A stretch of 64,000 nt of DNA from Bacteroidetes bacterium UBA4414 (lineage in GTDB: Bacteria > Bacteroidota > Bacteroidia > Chitinophagales > Chitinophagaceae): positions 10,160 to 74,159 of the forward strand of contig DGQM01000010.1 of assembly GCA_002389765.1 (NCBI GenBank), read 5' to 3'. Below, in pieces: positions 56,530 to 64,000 of this stretch. The notes under the pieces were generated by a model. That model was given only the letters and a program-made list of their open reading frames with translations. It had not been told where the DNA came from and made no database searches. Each line of letters begins with the position of its first letter. The first letter of the stretch is position 1. The position numbers were made by a program, and so were the translations under genes.

Positions 56530-59500
56530 ATGAAAACACCGGCAATTATCACCGCCATGATGCTGAGTGCACTAACACTGCAAGCCCGCGAAGGCGAGCC
56601 GTCCAAGCAAGCTGCACAACGATACCGAACAGCGGCCACACAAGCACAGTTTATAGAAAACAAGGGGCAGATAACCGACCAGTATGGCGCAGTGCGCAAG
56701 GATATAGACTATAAACTGTGTGGTGGCGATGTAACCCTGTTTGTCGGCGATGGGCAACTACACTACCAGTGGCTGCAAGGGCAGCCAAATCCGAAAAGCG
56801 AAAACCTATATCCTAAAACATTCAAAAACAAAAAGTCCCCTTCAGGGCCTGCCGCAGCAGGCAGGGATTTAGGGGTTGGTGCAGGGGTGGTAGATATATA
56901 CCGTATGGATGTAACACTGCTGGGCGCTAACAAAAATGCAGTAGCCGTGGCAGAAGATATGCAACGCTATTACGAAAACTACTACCTGCCCACCACGCCC
57001 GATGGTGCTACAGCGCATAGCTACAAAAAGATTACTTACAAAAATGTGTACCCGCATATAGACTGGGTACTGTATACCCCCGTACCCACTGAAGGGGGCT
57101 CTATGAATTTGAGCGGGATAAAATATGATTTTATAGTGCACCCCGGGGGCAATGTGGCAGATATACAACTGCAGTATGATGGTGCGACAGATTTGAAGCT
57201 ACAGGGTGACGCACTGGTGGCAACCACGCCTATGGGCAGCGTAACGGAAGATGCACCCTATTGCTATATAGCAGGCAGTAAGGAAACTGTAACCAGCCGC
57301 TATGTGCTGGAAGGCAATATATTAAAATACAATACTGCAACTATACCCGCAGGCGAGACACTGGTGATAGACCCCAACCTGAAATGGGGCACTTATCTTG
57401 GTTTTGAAATGGCGCAAACAGGGCAGCGTAACGGTTTAGGGGGAGATACCGCAGGCAATGTGTATATACATGGTAGTGTAGGTGGGGCAATGAGTAATAT
57501 TGCTACTACAGGTGCCTACCAGACCAGCTATAGTGGAGGTACCAGAAATGGTTTTATTGTAAAATTTGACGCCACAGGATACCCTGTATGGGGTACCTTT
57601 TATGGTGGCAATAACGGGGCCGATGTATATGATGGTACTACCGATGCCGCAGGTAATGTGTACCTGGCTGGCAGTACGACCAGTACAACGGGTATGGCTA
57701 CCACAGGTGCCTATCAGACATCGAAGATGGGGGCTATTGAAAATGGGTTTATTGTGAAGTTTAATAATGCAGGTGCACGCCAGTGGGCTACCTACTATGG
57801 CGATAGCAGCTATATAGAAGCAATAGCTGTAAACGCTGCAGGTGAAGTATATATTGGCGGGGCAGGAGAATCGATAAATTTTAACTATGCAACATCCGGT
57901 GCATATGCTGGTAGTCCGTTTTTGGGCAGTGCAAAAGGCTTTTTAGCAAAGCTGAATGCGGCTGGTGCTGCTAGGTTGTGGGGGACCTATTATTACAGGA
58001 CTTCAGCCTTGTGTACAGACGGTAGTGGAAATTTATATATAGGGTCGTCAGCTGTGGGCAGTGGCGCCAGCACCAGCATTGGTGCACACCAGACTGTATA
58101 TGGCGGAGGGTCGAGTGATGCATTTATTTCAAAATTCAGTAATACAGGCACAAGGCTCTGGGCTACTTACTATGGTGGCAGTGGCGAAGAAGAAATTGGG
58201 CAAATAGAATGTGATGGCAATGCGAATGTGTATATAAGTGGCAATACTACCAGTACTAATAATATTACCACAACGGGCAGCTTCTTGTCTACTTCTACAG
58301 TTGCAGGTGCGTTTATTGTAAAGTTTAATACAACAGGTGTGCGGCAGTGGGGGACTTATTATGGTGCAACCAGCGGTACATGTGCTATTAACATGCTTGG
58401 TATTGATGTAAGCGATGACGGATATTTATATGCAGTAGGTTCTACGGTTTGCACCAGCGGCATAGCTACAGCAGGAGCTTATAAAACTGCAGCTACAAGT
58501 GCAACTTTAACAGATGCATGTATGACCATCTTTAGCCTGAATGGACAGCGCCAGTACGGTACTTATTACGGCGGGAATGCATCTGATTTATTCCCCTCGT
58601 TGTCAACATATAGTACAGCAGGCAAACATATAGTAGCTTCCGGCCACGGCAGGGTATATTTTGGCGGCTATACTGGTAGTTTTACAGGTACCGGTATAGC
58701 CACCACTGGTGCATATCGTACTTCTTGGCTTATGACTGATAAAGATGGATTTCTTGCGATGTTTGAGTCTGATACTAACCTGTATATACCCATACCATTT
58801 ACAGATACAATTGTATGCAGTGGCGATACGCTCACGGTGCCTTATGGTATAACACAGAACTTCCGCAGTGGTAATAGTTTTATTGTAGAGCTGTCTAATG
58901 CTTCGGGCAGTTTTGGCAGTGGTGTTACCACAATGGGTACTATTGCAGCGCAAACAGGCGGTGTGTACAACTACGTAGTGCCTCATAGTACTACACAAAG
59001 CAATCTGTACCGTGTGCGTGTACGCAGCACAGCACCACTAGATACCGCCTATGAGGAGGTGAATATCCGCATCACCACTAAGCCACAATCGCCCACGGCT
59101 ACCAATAATAGCCCCGTGTGCAGTGGCACATCGCTGAACCTTGCCAGCAGCAGCACAACGGTAGGTGTCAGCTACAGTTGGGTTGGGCCAAATGGTTTCA
59201 GCAGCAGCGTACAAAACCCTGTACGCAATCCTGCACTTACCAAGTATAGCGGAGATTATATTGTAACCATATCCAACAATGGTTGCATCAGCAAAGACAC
59301 AACCACCGCAGCTGTAGATAGTACACCTATTGCTGTTACGGCAAGTAATAACGGTCCATTGTGTGCCGGTAGCGATCTGCAGCTGACTGCAACAAATACA
59401 ACATCAGGTGCAGTATACCATTGGAGTGGTCCGTCTTTCAGCAGTGGTGTGCAAAACCCTTCAATCAGCAGTGCACCGGTATCAGCTTCCGGTACATATA

Positions 59501-60369
59501 GTGTGTATGCAAGCTTAGGTAGCTGCAACTCGTCTACCGGCACCACGACCGTAAGTGTAGTCAACGGTCCGGGTGTGAGCATCTACCCGAGCCCGCGAGA
59601 CACGGTATGCGGCAACCCTACAGGTACTGTCACCTTTGTAGCTACGGCGGTGAACCCGGGTGGTACACCAAGCTATCAGTGGTACAAGAATGGTGTACAG
59701 ATAGCTACCACAACGAGCAATACTTATACAGCTACAGGTGTACAGACAAGCGATGTGTACTATGCCAAACTGGTACCCGGCAGCGGCGCAGCCTGCACCA
59801 CCCCTGTGAACAGCAATAAGATAACAATGACGGTGATGCCGTACATCACACCAACGGTCAGCATTTCGGTAAGTCCCGATAGTATAGCATGGAGTGGTGT
59901 TATGCTTACGTTTACGGCTACGTCATTGAATGCGGGCAATAGCCCTAAGTATCAGTGGAAGCTGAATGGCACCAATGTAAACGGCGCCCTGAGCAATGTG
60001 TGGGGTGCATCGAACCTGAATGACAAAGACAAAGTGAGTTGCGAGGTGACGAGCAGCTATATCTGCCCGCAACCACAGAAGGTAACGAGCAATACGATTA
60101 CGCTGAAAGTAAAAACAGGTATCAGCAATATAGCAGGTAATAACATCCGTATCTACCCGAACCCTACGCAAACCACACTAACGGTAGAGGGCATAAATAA
60201 AGGGACAAACATACAACTAAAAGATGTATTGGGCAGACAGGTACTGCACACTATCGCAACAAGTAATACAACAATACTGAACACCGCCCAACTAACCGCA
60301 GGCAACTACCTGCTGCTACTAACCACAACGGAAGGAGAAGTGATGACGGAGCAAGTGGTGAAGGAGTAA
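56530..60369 (+). CDS. large T9SS cargo / adhesin-like protein with beta-propeller (SBBP-like) repeats and Ig-like repeats
   Basis: Signal peptide. About 8 repeats of the type G..G.DVY.AG.T.S..G.ATTGAYQT...G..DGFIVKFN..G.R.W.TYYGG. Then repeated Cys-containing Ig-like modules (SPVCSGTSL..Y.W.GPNGFSS). A C-terminal T9SS CTD (IRIYPNPTQTTLTVEG...GNYLLLLTT). Confidence 0.75.
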   Translation: MKTPAIITAMMLSALTLQAREGEPSKQAAQRYRTAATQAQFIENKGQITDQYGAVRKDIDYKLCGGDVTLFVGDGQLHYQWLQGQPNPKSENLYPKTFKNKKSPSGPAAAGRDLGVGAGVVDIYRMDVTLLGANKNAVAVAEDMQRYYENYYLPTTPDGATAHSYKKITYKNVYPHIDWVLYTPVPTEGGSMNLSGIKYDFIVHPGGNVADIQLQYDGATDLKLQGDALVATTPMGSVTEDAPYCYIAGSKETVTSRYVLEGNILKYNTATIPAGETLVIDPNLKWGTYLGFEMAQTGQRNGLGGDTAGNVYIHGSVGGAMSNIATTGAYQTSYSGGTRNGFIVKFDATGYPVWGTFYGGNNGADVYDGTTDAAGNVYLAGSTTSTTGMATTGAYQTSKMGAIENGFIVKFNNAGARQWATYYGDSSYIEAIAVNAAGEVYIGGAGESINFNYATSGAYAGSPFLGSAKGFLAKLNAAGAARLWGTYYYRTSALCTDGSGNLYIGSSAVGSGASTSIGAHQTVYGGGSSDAFISKFSNTGTRLWATYYGGSGEEEIGQIECDGNANVYISGNTTSTNNITTTGSFLSTSTVAGAFIVKFNTTGVRQWGTYYGATSGTCAINMLGIDVSDDGYLYAVGSTVCTSGIATAGAYKTAATSATLTDACMTIFSLNGQRQYGTYYGGNASDLFPSLSTYSTAGKHIVASGHGRVYFGGYTGSFTGTGIATTGAYRTSWLMTDKDGFLAMFESDTNLYIPIPFTDTIVCSGDTLTVPYGITQNFRSGNSFIVELSNASGSFGSGVTTMGTIAAQTGGVYNYVVPHSTTQSNLYRVRVRSTAPLDTAYEEVNIRITTKPQSPTATNNSPVCSGTSLNLASSSTTVGVSYSWVGPNGFSSSVQNPVRNPALTKYSGDYIVTISNNGCISKDTTTAAVDSTPIAVTASNNGPLCAGSDLQLTATNTTSGAVYHWSGPSFSSGVQNPSISSAPVSASGTYSVYASLGSCNSSTGTTTVSVVNGPGVSIYPSPRDTVCGNPTGTVTFVATAVNPGGTPSYQWYKNGVQIATTTSNTYTATGVQTSDVYYAKLVPGSGAACTTPVNSNKITMTVMPYITPTVSISVSPDSIAWSGVMLTFTATSLNAGNSPKYQWKLNGTNVNGALSNVWGASNLNDKDKVSCEVTSSYICPQPQKVTSNTITLKVKTGISNIAGNNIRIYPNPTQTTLTVEGINKGTNIQLKDVLGRQVLHTIATSNTTILNTAQLTAGNYLLLLTTTEGEVMTEQVVKE

Positions 60370-60388
60370 ATCGGTATAATAATTTAAA

Positions 60389-60425
60389 ACAAGAGGCTGC
60401 TATTTTGGTAGCCTCTTGTTGTTTC
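60389..60425 (+). terminator. intrinsic terminator after the adhesin-like gene
   Basis: AACAAGAGGCT pairs with AGCCTCTTGTT around an 11-nt loop, followed by a T-rich tract. Confidence 0.7.
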
Positions 60426-60583
60426 AAATATTTGCTAATGCATTGATTACGCATTGCGATTTATTTGAAATGACTTTTAATGCAAAAAGCTTTGTTTAGT
60501 AAATATATATAGTAATTTTAATAGCCTTTTAATCTATTTTTAATTACTCCTTAATGGTTTTTTTAATCTTTTTTTGATTACTC

Positions 60584-62116
60584 ATGCTAAAACCTATAGG
60601 AATATTGGCCTTGCTGCTTTTTGTACTTACATCAAGAGCGCAGCTTAGTCCAATTAACAATGCTGTATTGAATTATCGATTGGTAGGACTTTCTGTACAG
60701 GAAAACATCAAGGCGGCATCATACTTCTTTCAGCTGGCCAAAGGAGATATTTCTAACGAACAAGCTTTTGCAAAGGCGCTCATTATACAACACAAGACAA
60801 ACAAGCCCAACGATATTGCCGAGTTGCCCAACTGGGGTAGAAAGTATACTTGGCGGGTTGTGTATAAAGACAAAGACGGCAAAGAAATAGGTAATAGCGG
60901 ACTACATCATTTTGAAACAGGAACAGCACCCTTTGTAGATACGTCTAAAAATGGATTGGTAGTACTGAAACGTGCAACAGACCATAAAGACCTGTATATA
61001 CTAACAGACAGGAATCTGGTAGTATATGATATGGCGGGTAGCCCTGTTTGGTATATGCCAGACATACCTGAAATAAAGAAGCGAGATATCAGTATCAGAG
61101 ATTTTAAAGCTACCGTTGATGGAACGTTCACTTTCCTGACGCAGGAAGATGCACTGGAGATAGACTATAATGGCAAGATATTGTGGAAAGCACCGAATGA
61201 TGGTAAAGTGAGTGGTAAGACGAAGGAAGGTTATCATCATGAATTGACAAAGCTTAGCAACGGACATTATATGGTTGCCGGTTCTGAAATAGTGAAGAAA
61301 GCGATACCTGGTATGCGGGAAGAATATTTTGCAGAAACAGATAAATCGGTAATAAAAGGTAGCGATGGTGCATACTATAAAGAGTTTACCTGTGGCACAT
61401 TGATAGAGTATGATGCAACAGGCAATGTAGTATGGTCTTGGAGAACTGCAGAGCACATGACAGATGCTGACTTTTTCTGGAGCAAGGCTGACTTGATTCA
61501 GCCATACGATGGTAACCCGTATATGAATAGCTTTGATGTAATAGAAGGCGAAAAAGTAATATACATCAGTTATAAAAACACCAATACTATTCTAAAGATT
61601 AGTTATCCAGAAGGCAATGTAATAGCTCGTTACGGAGATGAGGGTAGTGTAAGTCATCATTACAGCCAATTTTACGGACAGCATAGCGTGCGCTATAATA
61701 GACGCACTAACGAATTGTGTTTATTTAATAATAATCATAGTGATATAATACCTGTATCTGCTACGCAGGTAGATGCAGCAGGGTTTGTGGTGTCGCATAT
61801 ATCAAAATATAAAGTACCACCCGGGAAAAGCAATAACCTTATCAAGAATTGGGATATGGGCATCAGGCTTACCGATGACAAGAATGCTGCACAGACAGCA
61901 ATAAGAGGTGGTAGTGTTTCTATATTGGATGACGACTGCCTATTAGTGAATATGGGTACGCTGAATCTGATGCTGATAGTAGATAAGCAAAAACAAAAAA
62001 TCTGGGAGGCTGCGCCATATACTACTGAAGACGGCCGTAAAGCACCTTTATTGCCATACAGGTGTAGTTTTATACACAAAGGCGATTTGGAGAAAATATT
62101 ATTGGCTGCTAAGTAG
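60584..62116 (+). CDS. aryl-sulfate sulfotransferase (ASST)-like beta-propeller protein
   Basis: Signal peptide. YHHELTKLSNGHYMV, NSFDV...IYISYKNTNTILKI and GQHSVRY...LFNNN resemble ASST family signature blocks. This assignment is from memory only. Confidence 0.45.
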   Translation: MLKPIGILALLLFVLTSRAQLSPINNAVLNYRLVGLSVQENIKAASYFFQLAKGDISNEQAFAKALIIQHKTNKPNDIAELPNWGRKYTWRVVYKDKDGKEIGNSGLHHFETGTAPFVDTSKNGLVVLKRATDHKDLYILTDRNLVVYDMAGSPVWYMPDIPEIKKRDISIRDFKATVDGTFTFLTQEDALEIDYNGKILWKAPNDGKVSGKTKEGYHHELTKLSNGHYMVAGSEIVKKAIPGMREEYFAETDKSVIKGSDGAYYKEFTCGTLIEYDATGNVVWSWRTAEHMTDADFFWSKADLIQPYDGNPYMNSFDVIEGEKVIYISYKNTNTILKISYPEGNVIARYGDEGSVSHHYSQFYGQHSVRYNRRTNELCLFNNNHSDIIPVSATQVDAAGFVVSHISKYKVPPGKSNNLIKNWDMGIRLTDDKNAAQTAIRGGSVSILDDDCLLVNMGTLNLMLIVDKQKQKIWEAAPYTTEDGRKAPLLPYRCSFIHKGDLEKILLAAK

Positions 62117-62506
62117 CATATTGCCAACAGCCTTATCTATTGGTAGTGTAAATGTATCTGCTTTAATGTGTGATAGTGGCATCCAGTAGGTGCGTTCTTC
62201 GGGTATGTTATTAACGATTGGCTGATTGATATCTGCGCTGATTAAGTAGTAGATGCTGATAACTTGTGAGTCGTCAAAAGCGGAGTGTTGAAAAAAGTCA
62301 GTAGTATAAAAATGGGATAGTACTTCGATTTCAAGATTCAATTCTTCCATCCACTCACGTTTCAGGCAATCGATAGTGCCTTCGCCCCAATCCAATCCAC
62401 CGCCGGGAAATTTGATGACTTTACGGCCACGTATCAGTTCTTCATTTACCAATACCTGCCCATTGTGCAGCCATAATCCATATACACGTATATTGAAACG
62501 TTTCAT
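62099..62506 (-). CDS. NUDIX hydrolase
   Basis: Nudix box GGGLDWGEGTIDCLKREWMEELNL. The ATG at 62506 overlaps the upstream stop as TGATG, and a GTG at 62542 is the alternative start. The 3' end overlaps the convergent ASST-like gene by 18 nt. Confidence 0.8.
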   Translation of the reverse strand: MKRFNIRVYGLWLHNGQVLVNEELIRGRKVIKFPGGGLDWGEGTIDCLKREWMEELNLEIEVLSHFYTTDFFQHSAFDDSQVISIYYLISADINQPIVNNIPEERTYWMPLSHIKADTFTLPIDKAVGNMLLSSQ

Positions 62507-63210
62507 CAGTTCAGGTTTAAACCAAATAACAAACCTATCCACGGTTTGTTTTGGTACATCCAGTGCTTGGCGTTATTGTCCATTAGCTTGTCGATGCCTA
62601 CGCCAACACCACAGCTTAGATTGTTGACAGCGAATATGGCTGCAACCCCTGTTAGTAATACAGCACCATCATACTCCGCACTTACGTTGTTGTTTGTAAC
62701 CCATGGATTGATGGCAGTTGCGCCTATACCGCAAAACAAGCCTGTGCTGAAGCCATAGTGAGATACTTTTCTTTTGTAAGAGCCGAAAAGCGTTTTTCGA
62801 TATTTGATGCGATATAAATCATTCCTCCAACCCAGATACAAAGCACCATTAAAATCGGTATTCAGTTGATTGGGAAATCCATTCAATGCAGGGCGATATT
62901 TCAACGGCATTGTCAGGATGTCGATATCGAATGATGGTTTGGAAAAATAACGGTTTTGAAAGGAGTTATAATTTGTGGGATAGCCGACTGATTGGGTAGT
63001 ATCAGCTATGTGTTGATGGTTATGTTTTACTATCGGGTAAACAGTAATACTATCTTCCGAAACATCTACATAGACTTTGGCTGTATGCTTGAACAATTTT
63101 GAGTTGTAAACACCGCTGCTCAGTTGATACTTAGACGTATCTGCTATTGCGCAGGATTGCAGCAAATAGCAAAGTATGGCATATGTAAGGTATGTGCGTA
63201 TGCTTAGCAT
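62506..63210 (-). CDS. hypothetical lipoprotein / membrane protein
   Basis: Lipobox (CYLLQSC) after the ATG at 63210 and a Gly-rich hydrophobic C-terminal half. I recognise no domain. Confidence 0.5.
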   Translation of the reverse strand: MLSIRTYLTYAILCYLLQSCAIADTSKYQLSSGVYNSKLFKHTAKVYVDVSEDSITVYPIVKHNHQHIADTTQSVGYPTNYNSFQNRYFSKPSFDIDILTMPLKYRPALNGFPNQLNTDFNGALYLGWRNDLYRIKYRKTLFGSYKRKVSHYGFSTGLFCGIGATAINPWVTNNNVSAEYDGAVLLTGVAAIFAVNNLSCGVGVGIDKLMDNNAKHWMYQNKPWIGLLFGLNLN

Positions 63211-63217
63211 CAAAGAA

Positions 63218-64000
63218 TCAGAACCACTTCTTCTTGTTGAAATAGTATACCACAATAGCAGATACTATCATTGACAATAATATTGGCAGATAGAAGCTAT
63301 GGGCACCATGAGCAAAAGGTATCTCTACGTTCATACCAAACAAGCTGGCAATGAGGGTAGGGATAGATATCATGATAGTGATACTCGTAAGGCGTTTAAT
63401 AACAAGGTTCATATTGTTATTAATAATGCTGGCAAATGCATCCATCGTACTGCTGAGGATGTTGGTATATGTATTCGCCATCTCAAGGGCCTGAGAGAAT
63501 TCTACTATCAAATCGCTCAGAAATTCGCGTTCTTCTTCATCGCAATTCAGGAAGTTGGTACGCTCCATTTTCATCAGCAACAGCTCGTTGCTGCGAAGGG
63601 CGGTAACAAAGTAAACAAGGCTCTTCTGCACACTCATCAGGTACAGCAATTCCTCGTTACGATTACTTGCATACAACTTCTGCTCTAGTATATTGCGGCT
63701 GTGGTTTATTTCTTTCAACACCTCCATGAAGTCCATCACCACTTTTTCGAAAATCTTGAGCACCATCATATTCGGACGCTCAGGGTGGCGTTTGGCAAAT
63801 GTGTTCAGGAAGCGGCGGATAGCTACGTTCTCGAAAGAGTTGACAGTAACTACCTGATTGCGTTCGTTGATGATGATAGAAATTGGAATGGTAACGTAAT
63901 CGGCATCACCCTCATTCAGTGATTTATTATCTACCGGCGTTTTCAGGATGATGAGCTTTACGCCATCTTCCATTTCGTAACGGGCACGTTCTTCAATATC
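63218..64000 (-). CDS. corA: CorA-family magnesium/cobalt transporter; N-terminal part runs off the window
   Basis: Two C-terminal TM helices with the GMN signature (LFGMNVEIPF). The frame stays open to the window edge. Confidence 0.8.
   Translation of the reverse strand, partial: DIEERARYEMEDGVKLIILKTPVDNKSLNEGDADYVTIPISIIINERNQVVTVNSFENVAIRRFLNTFAKRHPERPNMMVLKIFEKVVMDFMEVLKEINHSRNILEQKLYASNRNEELLYLMSVQKSLVYFVTALRSNELLLMKMERTNFLNCDEEEREFLSDLIVEFSQALEMANTYTNILSSTMDAFASIINNNMNLVIKRLTSITIMISIPTLIASLFGMNVEIPFAHGAHSFYLPILLSMIVSAIVVYYFNKKKWF

Noticed and set aside
1-64000. Scan for CRISPR arrays, tRNA or rRNA genes, transposases, integrases, phage genes or toxin-antitoxin pairs.
   Set aside because: I saw no regularly spaced direct repeats, no tRNA-like T-arm (GGTTCGAATCC-type) sequences in the intergenic regions, and no ORFs with recombinase or transposase motifs. 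The window looks like core chromosome.

Overview
This is a densely coding 64-kb chromosomal window from a Bacteroidota genome, probably a Chitinophagia/Sphingobacteriia-like lineage. That placement rests on an intact gldKLMN operon, two proteins with T9SS C-terminal sorting domains, TAnnTTTG-type promoter boxes and a four-helix-bundle 'IVS protein' gene. All calls come from reading the ORF translations and the DNA by eye; no homology search, RNA folding or GC calculation was run. I support about 47 protein-coding genes and found no rRNA, tRNA, CRISPR array, transposase or integrase.

Gene content is mainly housekeeping and cell envelope:
- Redox and haem: cytochrome c peroxidase with a small cytochrome c, hemW, a hemD-like gene, and a DUF255 thioredoxin-domain protein.
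- Gliding/T9SS core: gldK, gldL, gldM, gldN.
- Envelope: an atypical 1100-aa Omp85-like protein followed by MlaD-like and OstA-like genes.
- Amino-acid and central metabolism: an aminotransferase-aspartokinase pair, a thiolase, an ACMSD-like amidohydrolase, a trans-sulfuration PLP enzyme, and phenylalanine 4-hydroxylase.
- Chaperones and chromosome: two Hsp70 paralogues (an HscA-like gene and dnaK), and smc.
- Signalling and uptake: a sensor kinase, response regulator and APC permease operon bracketed by two paralogous outer-membrane beta-barrel genes.
- Other: two large T9SS cargo proteins, an aryl-sulfotransferase-like protein, a NUDIX hydrolase and a partial corA.

I see no obvious defence island or mobile element. 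The most interesting signals are small and non-coding:
1. A 28-codon leader ORF with four consecutive Tyr codons plus an intrinsic terminator lies 22 nt upstream of phhA.
2. A similarly built leader, anti-terminator and terminator lies 22 nt upstream of the aminotransferase-aspartokinase pair.
3. The four-helix-bundle (Avd/IVS-protein family) gene is bracketed by 31-nt inverted repeats and sits between two metabolic genes on the same strand.
4. A 428-bp intergenic region is packed with helically phased repeats and palindromes.
5. The Omp85-like / MlaD / OstA-like gene trio, with a G8 tract inside the Omp85-like gene.

All mechanistic interpretations are inference and need transcriptomic or comparative tests.
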